Source of the DNA: Chloroflexota bacterium
GTDB lineage: Bacteria; Chloroflexota; UBA11872; VXOZ01
Assembly (NCBI GenBank): GCA_964291655.2
Contig: OZ219801.1
Location: forward strand, 96,001 to 160,000
Direction: 5' to 3'
DNA length: 64,000 bases
The notes beneath the pieces are model-generated. The model was not told the origin of the DNA. It saw nothing but the letters and a program-made list of their open reading frames with translations, and ran no database searches. The position numbers and the translations under genes are program-made. Positions 10,631-20,172 of the stretch are shown here, piece by piece (the first letter of the stretch is position 1; each line of letters opens with the position of its first letter).

Positions 10631-12307
10631 GTGCTGGAGCATGACGTCGTAGTGGTAGGCGCCGGTCTTGCCGGCATGCAAGCTGCGCTGCACGCGGCAC
10701 GCCAGGGCGTAAGCGTAGCCATTCTCACGAAGGTACACCCCGTGCGCAGCCACTCAAACGCCGCGCAAGGCGGCATCAATGCTGCTATGGAAGAGGACGA
10801 TCCCTGGGAAGACCACGCCTACGATACGGTCAAAGGCAGCGACTACCTGGGAGACCAAGACGCCATCGAGGTGTTGTGCAGCGAAGCTCCGGAAACGATC
10901 ATCGAGCTTGAGCACATGGGGGTCATCTTCAACCGGGGCTCTCGCGGCCAGATAGACCTGCGCGCCTTTGGCGGCCAGGCACGCAAGCGCACCTGCTACG
11001 TGTCCGACATTACCGGCCAGGTCTTACTCCACGTCATCTACGAGCAACTGATGAAGGCCGGAACCACGGTCTATGAAGAGTGGTTCGTGACATCGCTCGT
11101 CCGTCAGAATGACGCGGTCTGCGGTGTAATAGCCATGGATCTGCGTACGGGTGAACTCCAACTCATCAAAGCAAAAGCCGTAATCCTTTGCACCGGCGGC
11201 TCCGGGCGCGTGTACGAACCCAGCAGCAACGCCCTCATCTGCACCGGCGACGGCTACGCACAGGCCTATCGCGTGGGCGCCCCTCTGATGGACATGGAAA
11301 TGGTCCAGTACCACCCCACCACGCTCCCCGGCAACGGCGCGCTCATGACCGAAGGCGCACGGGGCGAGGGGGCGTATCTCATCAATGCAGACGGTGAGCG
11401 TTTCATGAAGCGCTACGCGCCAAACATGATGGAACTGGCCTCGCGAGACGTAGTTTCCCGGGCGGAGCAGACTGAGATCAATGAAGGACGGGACATTAAC
11501 GGCTGCGTCCTCCTGGATGTTCGGCACCTTGATCGCAACACGATTCTGCAGAAGCTCAGCCAGATTCGCGAGCTTGGTCTCGAATATGAAGGTGTCGACA
11601 TCATTGAAGAGCCCTGTCCCGTGCGGCCCGGCATGCATTACATGATGGGCGGCATCAAGACGGACATCGAAGGAGCCACGTTCGTCAAGGGTCTCTACGC
11701 CGCCGGAGAATCGGCGTGCGTCTCCGTACATGGCGGCAATCGCTTGGGTGCCAACTCGCTTCTCGATACGCTTGTGTTTGGCAAACGGGCGGGCACATCC
11801 GCCGTCCTGTATGCAGATAGCATTGACTCTCTGGACATCCCGGACTCGCGCTTGCAGGAAGACCAGGAGCACATCAACGGCATTCTCGCTCAAGACAGAG
11901 ACAGCGGGGAACGCGCCGCAGCGCTGCGACTAACCATGGGTGAGACCATGCACCGGCATGTCGGCGTCTTCCGCAACCACAATGGCCTGGTAGAAGCGCA
12001 AGCGATTGTAGCTAACCTGAAGGAACGCTTTCGAAACGTTCGTGTCGATGACAGGGGCAAGATATTCAACACCGACCTGCTCTTTGCGCTGGAAGTCGGC
12101 CTGATGCTCGATGTCGCGGAAGCCATCGTGGCAGGCGCGCTGTTTCGCACCGAAAGTAGAGGTGCCCACTACCGTACCGACTACCCGGACCGCAATGATG
12201 ATGACTGGCTGAAGCACACGTTGGTGTTTCACGGTGACAGCGGCCCGCGCTTAGAAACGCTGCCCGTCACGATTACCCAGTGGCAACCTGCGAGGAGAAC
12301 GTACTAA
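10631..12307 (+). CDS. sdhA: Succinate dehydrogenase/fumarate reductase flavoprotein
   Basis: GAGLAG, RSHSNAAQGG (covalent FAD His), QYHPT, HYMMGG, HGGNRLGANSL, ESRGAH. Confidence 0.95.
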   Translation: MLEHDVVVVGAGLAGMQAALHAARQGVSVAILTKVHPVRSHSNAAQGGINAAMEEDDPWEDHAYDTVKGSDYLGDQDAIEVLCSEAPETIIELEHMGVIFNRGSRGQIDLRAFGGQARKRTCYVSDITGQVLLHVIYEQLMKAGTTVYEEWFVTSLVRQNDAVCGVIAMDLRTGELQLIKAKAVILCTGGSGRVYEPSSNALICTGDGYAQAYRVGAPLMDMEMVQYHPTTLPGNGALMTEGARGEGAYLINADGERFMKRYAPNMMELASRDVVSRAEQTEINEGRDINGCVLLDVRHLDRNTILQKLSQIRELGLEYEGVDIIEEPCPVRPGMHYMMGGIKTDIEGATFVKGLYAAGESACVSVHGGNRLGANSLLDTLVFGKRAGTSAVLYADSIDSLDIPDSRLQEDQEHINGILAQDRDSGERAAALRLTMGETMHRHVGVFRNHNGLVEAQAIVANLKERFRNVRVDDRGKIFNTDLLFALEVGLMLDVAEAIVAGALFRTESRGAHYRTDYPDRNDDDWLKHTLVFHGDSGPRLETLPVTITQWQPARRTY

Positions 12308-13267
12308 ATGCAATTCAGGCTCACCGTTAGACGCTTTGATCCTGAGGCAGAGAATCCCGCTCCTTACTGGCGTGAGTACGACGTGGATGTGCCTGAAAAC
12401 GCTACGGTCCTCGACTGTCTCATCCACATTCGGGAGTACGTCGACGGTACGCTAGCCGTGCGCTGCTCGTGCCGGTCGGCCATCTGCGGATCGTGCATGA
12501 TGCGAGTCAACGGCCAGGCGCGCTTGGCTTGCGCCACCAAAGCGAAAGACATGCAGGCCAGCGGCGATGTGATCACGGTTGAGCCGGGCGGCAACATGCC
12601 GGTGCTCAAGGATTTGATCGTGGACATGGATGTGTTTTGGGACAAGATCCGCCAGGTCAAACCCTGGCTGGAGCCGGTTCAGCCGGTTCCTGAGCGCGAA
12701 TACCTGGTGCCTAACGAGACCATTCTCGATCTCACCGTGGCTATGAACTGCGTCATGTGCGGTGCGTGCGTTTCCGACTGTACCTCCCTGGAAGTCGATA
12801 AGAATTTCCTCGGGCCTGCGGCCCTGGCGAAGGCGTACCGGTTCGTTGACGACCCCCGCGATGACACAAGGCAAGAGCGGCTGGTAGAACTCAGCGACTC
12901 CGGCGGCGTGTACGACTGCACGCATTGCTTCTTCTGTGTAGAAGTCTGTCCGAAGGGTGTCGCGCCGCTTGAGCGCATCGTGGAGATACGCGAACGCGCC
13001 CAAACCGCGGGTGTCACGAATAATGCCGGTACCCGCCATGCCAAAGCCTTTGAAGGGATTATCCGCGACAGCGGCATCCTGGATGAGCCGATGCTCTTGC
13101 TGCGCTCGATCGGCATGAATCCGGTGGAGCAAATGAAGAACGTGCCCGGCGGCGTGCGCCTCTTGCGCGCAGGTAAGCTGCCGTTGGCTTCAGGCCCGTT
13201 CCATCACAAGATTCCGGGCCACGGCAATGTACAACGCCTCTTTGAAAAAGTGGAGTCTTCCCAGTGA
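12308..13267 (+). CDS. sdhB: Succinate dehydrogenase iron-sulfur subunit, long non-classical type
   Basis: SCRSAICGSC 2Fe-2S motif; CVMCGACVSDC and CTHCFFCVEVCP; C-terminal extension. Confidence 0.93.
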   Translation: MQFRLTVRRFDPEAENPAPYWREYDVDVPENATVLDCLIHIREYVDGTLAVRCSCRSAICGSCMMRVNGQARLACATKAKDMQASGDVITVEPGGNMPVLKDLIVDMDVFWDKIRQVKPWLEPVQPVPEREYLVPNETILDLTVAMNCVMCGACVSDCTSLEVDKNFLGPAALAKAYRFVDDPRDDTRQERLVELSDSGGVYDCTHCFFCVEVCPKGVAPLERIVEIRERAQTAGVTNNAGTRHAKAFEGIIRDSGILDEPMLLLRSIGMNPVEQMKNVPGGVRLLRAGKLPLASGPFHHKIPGHGNVQRLFEKVESSQ

Positions 13268-14154
13268 AGTATGCCTTCTTTCCCGGTTGCGTCTCGCGGG
13301 GCGCGTGCCCGGAACTCATGCAATCACTCACGGCAGTGGCGGCACACATCGGCATGGAACTGGAACTCATGGAGACCGCTTCGTGCACAGGCGCCGGCGT
13401 CATCAGCGAGCGCAATCAAAAACTGGCCGATGCCTTGAATGCCCGCAACTTTGCCTTGGCGGAACAGACCGGTTTGCCGCTCATGAACATTTGCAGCACG
13501 TGCCAGGGCGTGATGAGTGGTGTCAATGAGCGACTCAAGGCCAGACCGGAATACCTGGCAGAAATCAATGAGATGCTCGCGGAAGAGGGCTTGTCGTATT
13601 CCGGCAGAGCTGAACCACGCAACTTCCTGTGGGTGCTGGTGGAAGACTTCGGCCTGGATAATCTGCGCAAGCTCGTGAAGCGACCTCTATCGGAACTGAA
13701 TGTCGCTCCCTTCTATGGCTGCTACATTTCGCGCCCGACCGACATCCTGGGTTACCATGACTTTCCTCAGCGCGGAGTTTACCTTGAAATGATCATAGAG
13801 GCATGCGGCGCGACGCCGGTGGACTACTCCGGCAAGAAGAAGTGCTGTGGTTTCCCTATTATCACTATGAACCGCACGAATTCGCTCAAGATGGCGGGCA
13901 ATCACGTCGGTGAAGCATCGGAAAAGGGCGCCGACTTTATGGTCACGCCCTGCCCGCTGTGTCACTTGAACCTGGACGCACAGCAGCCTGACGCCGCCAG
14001 AGTTGTACAAACACCCCTCAACTTACCGATTCTGCACCTTTCACAACTCATCGGCATGGCACTGGGCCTCGACGATGCGGACCTTGGCCTCAATCGCCAC
14101 GTCATCTCCACCAATCCGGTGCGAGAACGCGTCCACGCGCTGCCAATGGCATAG
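13264..14154 (+). CDS. CCG-domain (HdrB-like) subunit, probable anchor of type E succinate:quinone oxidoreductase
   Basis: FFPGC..SCTG..ICSTC and FYGC..KCCG..PCPLC repeats; GTGA overlap with sdhB. Confidence 0.88.
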   Translation: MKYAFFPGCVSRGACPELMQSLTAVAAHIGMELELMETASCTGAGVISERNQKLADALNARNFALAEQTGLPLMNICSTCQGVMSGVNERLKARPEYLAEINEMLAEEGLSYSGRAEPRNFLWVLVEDFGLDNLRKLVKRPLSELNVAPFYGCYISRPTDILGYHDFPQRGVYLEMIIEACGATPVDYSGKKKCCGFPIITMNRTNSLKMAGNHVGEASEKGADFMVTPCPLCHLNLDAQQPDAARVVQTPLNLPILHLSQLIGMALGLDDADLGLNRHVISTNPVRERVHALPMA

Positions 14155-14384
14155 GCGGCATGGGTGCAAACACGTGCCGGTTTGCGCGGCAGACAATGTG
14201 GCATATTGCGGCAATGTCTAGGGGTCCGCGAATATCTCCTTCAAGATCGAGCAATCGTGCCACTCTGGTAATTGTGCGTACTCCCTCTCAACGGTACGTG
14301 TGAGACATTACACTCTCGATCAACGCGGTTACGTAAACTCAATCCGGCAAGAATAAGCAAAGCGGCAATGGAGGCAATCCAGCT

Positions 14385-15311
14385 ATGCGGAAGAAAGTGA
14401 CAATCGTCGGTGCGGGTCAGGTTGGCGGATCGTGCGCCCGGCGGCTTGCCGAGCGCGACTATGCGGACATCGTACTCATTGACATCGTAGAAGGGTTGCC
14501 ACAAGGCAAGGCGCTCGACATCCTGCAGGCAGCGCCCATAGTCAATTATGACTCGAAGGTTGTCGGAACCAATCACTACGCCGACACCGCTGGATCAGAT
14601 GTTGTTGTCATTACAAGCGGCAGCCCGCGCAAACCCGGTATGAGCCGCGACGACCTGCTGGCCGTCAATCAGAAAGTAATCACTGCCGTCACAGGGGAGA
14701 TCGTCAAGCACTCGCCCGACTGCACCATCATCGTCGTCACCAATCCGGTTGACGCCATGACTCACCTCGCGTGGAAAGTTAGCGGCTTTCCCACAAACCG
14801 CGTCGTAGGGCAGGGCGGCGTGCTCGACTCGGCACGGTATCGCACGTTTCTCGCTCAGGAACTCGGCGTATCTATGCGCGACATCACCGGCTACGTGCTC
14901 GGCGGCCACGGCGACCAAATGGTCCCCTTGCCCCGCTACACGAGTGTCTCCGGCAAGCCGGTTTCGGATTTCATCGCGCCCGATAGACTGGAAGAAATAA
15001 TCCAACGCACGCGCGACGGCGGCGCCGAAATTGTAAACCTCCTCAAGATTGGCAGCGCCTATGAAGCGCCGGGGGCCGCGCTGGTGGAGATGATCGACGC
15101 CATTCTGCTCGATCAGAAGAGAGTCTTGCCGTGCGCGGCGTACCTCGAGGGGGAGTACGGCATTAGCGGCGTCTACGTCGGCGTTCTCATACAACTTGGC
15201 GCCGGTGGCGTAGAGAGCATCGTGGAGCTCGATCTCACCGCAGACGAAAGCGCCATGCTCAACCAATCCGCGGACGCTGTACGTGAGTTAGTGGACGTGA
15301 TGGGCTTTTAG
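14385..15311 (+). CDS. mdh: Malate dehydrogenase (LDH-like)
   Basis: VGAGQVG, PRKPGMSRDDL (Arg specificity residue), VLDSARY, GGHGD. Confidence 0.95.
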   Translation: MRKKVTIVGAGQVGGSCARRLAERDYADIVLIDIVEGLPQGKALDILQAAPIVNYDSKVVGTNHYADTAGSDVVVITSGSPRKPGMSRDDLLAVNQKVITAVTGEIVKHSPDCTIIVVTNPVDAMTHLAWKVSGFPTNRVVGQGGVLDSARYRTFLAQELGVSMRDITGYVLGGHGDQMVPLPRYTSVSGKPVSDFIAPDRLEEIIQRTRDGGAEIVNLLKIGSAYEAPGAALVEMIDAILLDQKRVLPCAAYLEGEYGISGVYVGVLIQLGAGGVESIVELDLTADESAMLNQSADAVRELVDVMGF

Positions 15312-15374
15312 GCGGCTACTTTTGCGCCAACTCTCGCATGGAGATTGCAGCTCTTCGTACCCTCCACAGTCTCC

Positions 15375-15399
15375 GGTAGCGCAGGTTTGCAACCTGCGC
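15375..15399 (+). repeat. GTAG-type REP (family A)
   Basis: GGTAG-CGCAGGTT-TGC-AACCTGCG; copies at 29224, 39810, 52504, 52575, 52646. Confidence 0.8.
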
Positions 15400-15499
15400 A
15401 TACTTGGCACAAGTCGGCACGTGCGTGCAGTCCCTCTACTGCGACCGAACGAGGCAAGCTGCCCAATCCGGACCGGATGGTGTCCCGGGCCGAGGTAGA

Positions 15500-16459
15500 C
15501 TAGGGTAATGCCGTCCGAGCAACCTGCGGCGCTTCTTCAGCAAGCGAGGCTATACGCTCACGCAAGACCGCCTGTATGCCAACAAGATCCGGTTCGAGGA
15601 CAAACATCCCATTGATTTCTTGTGGACTTACCAGTCCCGACGCCTCGTCTATCGCGTAGGTGTCTATACTGTCGGCATCCACGTTGCTGGCAAACCTGGC
15701 CAGGAGTACTAACGTTTGTAGCGAGATGTTGGTGTTCACCGTGTGACGGAAGTCATTGTAGAGCGCGGGTAAACGAAGCAAGGTACGCGGCGTTAGCGCC
15801 TGTGCCTTGAGCGCGTACATTACCTGCTGCTGCCGGTACATACGCCCAAAGTCGCCGGTAGGACTGGACTTACGCGTCCGCGCATACTTCAATGCGGTTT
15901 CACCATCGAGGTGCTGCACACCGGCATTGAGCACGAACGGCTCGTAGCTGATGCCATCCGCCGCCGGAAACTGCATGTCAGAAATGTCAGCTGGCACATC
16001 AATGGTGACACCGCCGAGCGTATCGACAATGCGCGCAAAACCGGAAAAGTTCACTACCGCATAGTAGGGAATGTTCACACCGAGGACGTGCTCAAGTTTG
16101 GCGCGTGCAAGTTCGGCGCCGCCATGCGCGTAGGCAGCGTTGATGCGCTGCGGCTGCGGAAGCCCGTCGAGGCTCACGCGCAGGTCCCGCGGCACAGACG
16201 TCAGCAGCACGCGCTTGTGGTCCACGTCGATGCTGAGCATGGCAATGGAATCGCTGCGCCCCGACAGCGCGTCCCACGAATCCACGCCAAGGAGAAGGAC
16301 GTTTACAATCTGAGGGCTCTCCTCAGCACGCTCATCAATTGACTCCACCGCCTGATCGGATTTGGATACGCTGGCTACTGTCGCGCACCCCGCAAGCATG
16401 CCGGTGAGGAGAAAGAGGCAAAGCAATTTCATCCAGCGTTCCGTCCGCGTTCGCCTCAT
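15500..16459 (-). CDS. LCP (LytR-CpsA-Psr) family cell-envelope protein with lipoprotein-type signal
   Basis: NVLLLGVD, GRSDSI, SVPRD, RINAAY, YARTRK..GDFGRMYRQQ; LAGC lipobox. Confidence 0.9.
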   Translation of the reverse strand: MRRTRTERWMKLLCLFLLTGMLAGCATVASVSKSDQAVESIDERAEESPQIVNVLLLGVDSWDALSGRSDSIAMLSIDVDHKRVLLTSVPRDLRVSLDGLPQPQRINAAYAHGGAELARAKLEHVLGVNIPYYAVVNFSGFARIVDTLGGVTIDVPADISDMQFPAADGISYEPFVLNAGVQHLDGETALKYARTRKSSPTGDFGRMYRQQQVMYALKAQALTPRTLLRLPALYNDFRHTVNTNISLQTLVLLARFASNVDADSIDTYAIDEASGLVSPQEINGMFVLEPDLVGIQAVLRERIASLAEEAPQVARTALP

Positions 16460-16776
16460 CCGCTGATTCTCTCCTACGCGCTCTGCCGCTGATACGAGAC
16501 ACTTTCTCTATCATGACCCAATAAAGTGAAGGCTGTATGAGTTTTCAGCAATCCGCGCCCGCATCTTCACCAATGAGTAAATGCGGGGTAGCGCCCGCCC
16601 GAACACAAGCCCGCGCAGACTGCACCGTTGCGGCATGTCGATGGCGCTTGGCAAGCCTAGCACACACGTATCATGTGCGCCAATTAGCCTTTCTCCACTT
16701 CGGAGCGTGCAAAGATGAAACTGCACGTGGCTCGGAGTATGATTGTGCTAAGTAAAATGTTAACAGGATCTTCAGA

Positions 16777-18228
16777 GTGACTATCTCCATACAGCACATC
16801 GACCTCAACGTCCTCAATATGAAGACGCGCATGCCGTTTCGCTACGGTATAGCCTCTTTAGAGTCCGTCCCTCACCTCTTTCTGCGCGTGACGGCAAAAA
16901 TTGGCGGTGCAACGGCTATGGGAGTCTCAGCCGAAGGCCTGCCGCCGAAATGGTTTACGAAGAACCCTGACACGTCCTTTGCCGAAGACCTCGACGAGAT
17001 GCTTACAGTGATCCGGCAAGCGGTGACGTTTGCGCTGGATTCACCAGCGGCGAGTAGCCCATTCGACCTGTGGCAAGGGATTTTCCAACGCCAATCGACA
17101 TGGGCAGCCGAGACTGATTACCCACCCCTCCTATGGGGGTTTGGCGTAAGCATGGTTGAGCGGGCATTGATCGACGCTTTCTGCCGCGCTACCGGGAGAA
17201 CTCTTGCGCAGGCCATGCGAGACAACTCACTCGGGGTCCGCCTCGATGCCCTTCATGGAGAACTCAGCGGATACGAACCTGCTGACCTACTGCCAAAACA
17301 CGCCAATCGCACGATGATCATTCGGCATACTGTCGGCTTGGCCGATCCGCTAACCGACAGCGAGGTCCCGCAAGATGAGCGCCTGACCGACGGCTTGCCG
17401 CAATCGTTAGAGGCAAGCGTGCAATTCTATGGTCTTACCCATCTCAAGATCAAGCTATCGGGCGACACCGACGTTGATGTCGAGCGCTTGCAGCGCATTG
17501 CCCGGATTGTGGAAACCCACGCGTCCGCTGGCTATGCCCATACTTTGGACGGCAACGAGTTCTATACGGAAGTGGGTCCGTTTCAGCGTTTCTGGGAGAC
17601 GATTCAGTCCGAGTCTACGCTCCGCTCCTTCCTCGATCGTGCGCTCTTCGTGGAGCAGCCGTTCCATCGAGACGTAGCTCTAAGTGATTCCGTACGTTTG
17701 GATCTCCAGCGGTGGCACGGCCGGCCCCCATTGATCATCGATGAGTCAGATGGGGAGTTGAACAGCATCGCCGCTGCGCTGGATTGCGGCTATGCCGGCG
17801 GCAGTCACAAGAACTGCAAGGGTGTCTTTCGCGGGATCGCGAATGCCTGCTTGCTCGAGCACTACCGGCAGCACAATCCCAAGCAGGCCTACATCTTAAG
17901 CAGTGAGGACCTTTGCAGTGTGGGTCCGGTTGCCATGATCCAAGACCTCACTGTGGCAGCGAACCTGGGAATCGACCACGCGGAACGCAACGGACATCAC
18001 TATTTTGCGGGGCTCAGCATGTATCCGCAGCGCGTCCAGGCGCACGTGCTGGCAAACCACGGCACGATTTATCGCCGTCACGATGAGGGGTTTCCGGCGC
18101 TCGACGTGCGCGACGGTCGGGTGGACGTATCGAGTATCGTGGACGCGCCGTTCGGGTACGGCTTTGACCTCGATACGGCACAGTTCACACCTCTGGACGA
18201 ATGGAACGTAGATTCCTTGGAAGACTGA
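16777..18228 (+). CDS. Uncharacterised enolase-superfamily enzyme
   Basis: KIK, LDGNE, VEQP, IDES motifs in enolase-barrel order. Confidence 0.65.
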   Translation: MTISIQHIDLNVLNMKTRMPFRYGIASLESVPHLFLRVTAKIGGATAMGVSAEGLPPKWFTKNPDTSFAEDLDEMLTVIRQAVTFALDSPAASSPFDLWQGIFQRQSTWAAETDYPPLLWGFGVSMVERALIDAFCRATGRTLAQAMRDNSLGVRLDALHGELSGYEPADLLPKHANRTMIIRHTVGLADPLTDSEVPQDERLTDGLPQSLEASVQFYGLTHLKIKLSGDTDVDVERLQRIARIVETHASAGYAHTLDGNEFYTEVGPFQRFWETIQSESTLRSFLDRALFVEQPFHRDVALSDSVRLDLQRWHGRPPLIIDESDGELNSIAAALDCGYAGGSHKNCKGVFRGIANACLLEHYRQHNPKQAYILSSEDLCSVGPVAMIQDLTVAANLGIDHAERNGHHYFAGLSMYPQRVQAHVLANHGTIYRRHDEGFPALDVRDGRVDVSSIVDAPFGYGFDLDTAQFTPLDEWNVDSLED

Positions 18229-18259
18229 GCCGGTGTCGAGAATTGTCGGTATCCTGCCG

Positions 18260-18682
18260 CTAGCCCCCTTCCTGAGCAAGGAGCAGGATGTGCCCGTTGC
18301 AGTCTTCGATTTCGAATTCGCGCAGCCCCCATGGCTTCTTGACCGGACCGTCCTCGTACTCCGGTCTAATCGTGACTCCTCTCCGCCGGTACTCTGCGAA
18401 CAGCTCATCGATCAGCACACAGTGAATATACGTGTATCCAGCCGTAGTCGGTTCAGTGCCGTGGCGGCGACGGTAGCCGGTGAAACGCATACGCTGCACG
18501 CTCTTGCCTCCCCCGCCGCCTATTGAGACTCGAGCATGACCCCCACGCGCCATATCCACAAAGTCGAGCGTAAAGCCTAGAATCTCGCAGTACCACGACG
18601 CGGTTGCTTCAACATCTGCTACTTCTAGCACTGGCTGGATGCCATAGAAGCGATATCTCTCTGCATCGATGGGAGCTTTCAT
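18260..18682 (-). CDS. VOC/glyoxalase family protein
   Basis: PVLEVADV..WYCEILGF; KPWGLREFEIEDCNGH. Confidence 0.85.
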   Translation of the reverse strand: MKAPIDAERYRFYGIQPVLEVADVEATASWYCEILGFTLDFVDMARGGHARVSIGGGGGKSVQRMRFTGYRRRHGTEPTTAGYTYIHCVLIDELFAEYRRRGVTIRPEYEDGPVKKPWGLREFEIEDCNGHILLLAQEGG

Positions 18683-18736
18683 AGGACTTCCTTGGAGTTC
18701 TTGACTGGATCGACACGCCCAGCTCTAAGGTACCCT

Positions 18737-19813
18737 CTACGGTTGGAACGGCTTCCCCAGCCGGATGACGCGTTCCGCTCGTGCGTACCAGCCTTGGGGA
18801 GCAAAGTCGGACGTGTGTAGGTAGCACTGCACGCGCACTTCATCGCTGCCCGCGGTAAAGGTGAGAAGCCGGCTCATCGGCAACGTTGTGCGTCCAGCGT
18901 GGTGGCGCGCGAGCGCAGCGCAGTTGATGAAGTTCACGTCCCATTTCCGTTCAATGTGCGACCGTCCGCCATGCCGGTCGTCAGGATGGGTGTGCGTATG
19001 GCCGCCGAGCCAAAGGTCGATCGCCCCCGGCCGCTCTGCCAGGTATCGCTCGAATGCCTGGGCGTCCGGGTGTTCATCCAAGAAGTACAAGTACGAAGCC
19101 CCTGCCGGCCCGCCGTCGGCAAAGTAGCCGTGGTAGTGCCCGCGCCATGCGCCGCTCTCATCCTTGCGGTAACCTTCCCAGGGCCCTGAAGCCACCGTAG
19201 TTTCCTTGAGCATGTGGTGATGTGCGGAAACTATGATGCAATCTGGATTTGACTCTACAATTTCACGCCACCAGGTGAAAGTCTCGCCGGTCACCGCTCC
19301 CGATGGGTAGCCTCCACCGCTTGGATTGCGTCCCACCGGTGGCGGCAAATCGTTGCGGTCGCCCATCATGAGAAAGAGCATGTTGCCGACACGAATTGCA
19401 TACCGCTCCCACGTTCCCTCGATGGGATACGGTCGCTGCGCCGCGTTCACCCCGGAGAACTGACGACTTTCACCCGTGGGGTCAACCCACTTGCGGAACC
19501 ACCATTGGGTCGGTTCCGCATGGAACGTAGCATCATGGTTGCCCACCAGGTTGTAAAAGTGCTCGCGTCGGTGGTGTTGCGCCGCGCCGAACTGGCGCAC
19601 AACTTCCTCACCTTCCGCATCGTCAGGCGAGCCTTGATTGCCGGAGAGGTCGCCGAGATGCAGCATGATGTCCCAGTGAAACGTCGGTCCTCCTTCAGCT
19701 CCGCCAAACTCCGACTGCCGAATCGCCTCGGCCAAGCTTTCGCGGCCAAACCTCTTGTCTGTGCCTACATGCGCGCAGCCGGTAGCCCAAACTGAAAATG
19801 TCTCCACTGGCAT
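18737..19813 (-). CDS. Calcineurin-like metallophosphoesterase
   Basis: HLGDL, VGNHD, AHHH, GGHTH motifs; start chosen at MPVETF. Confidence 0.8.
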   Translation of the reverse strand: MPVETFSVWATGCAHVGTDKRFGRESLAEAIRQSEFGGAEGGPTFHWDIMLHLGDLSGNQGSPDDAEGEEVVRQFGAAQHHRREHFYNLVGNHDATFHAEPTQWWFRKWVDPTGESRQFSGVNAAQRPYPIEGTWERYAIRVGNMLFLMMGDRNDLPPPVGRNPSGGGYPSGAVTGETFTWWREIVESNPDCIIVSAHHHMLKETTVASGPWEGYRKDESGAWRGHYHGYFADGGPAGASYLYFLDEHPDAQAFERYLAERPGAIDLWLGGHTHTHPDDRHGGRSHIERKWDVNFINCAALARHHAGRTTLPMSRLLTFTAGSDEVRVQCYLHTSDFAPQGWYARAERVIRLGKPFQP

Positions 19814-20172
19814 GTGCTTTCCTTCATTTTCCGCAAGCAAGGGAATTTGAAACTGTGCACCCATTCAGGCCATTATGTAAATATGACTTCGCCGGGCCGG
19901 TGCGGCGGGAGCGTGCCTACACTGCGTACTCTTCCACCTTCTAGTGTTCGAGCGCGCTGCACACCAGCATCTCAATGGTAAACACAACCCATCGAGGCCG
20001 CAAAGACATCCCATCTGAGAATCGCTATCATAAAGGGCAGCAACTTAGCTGCAAGATGCACAGCTAGACACAAGGGTAAGATCCCTCACCCCCGCAGATC
20101 GGGTGCGGCATGAGTTCAGAATCTTCGATCGGGCATTCCGCCCGAATCCATAGCGACACGCAGGGAGGATGG

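Noticed and set aside
11024-11893. Long antisense ORFs (also 26862-27725, 55201-56190, 56996-57748 and others)
   Set aside because: Shadows of well-supported genes in GC-rich DNA with no recognisable motifs
13264-14154. Heterodisulfide reductase / methanogen-type pathway
   Set aside because: No HdrA or HdrC; the gene is coupled to sdhAB, which better fits a complex II anchor
14296-14312. Rex/CRP-like site upstream of mdh (GTGTGAGACATTACAC)
   Set aside because: Half-site spacing is two bases short of TGTGA-N6-TCACA
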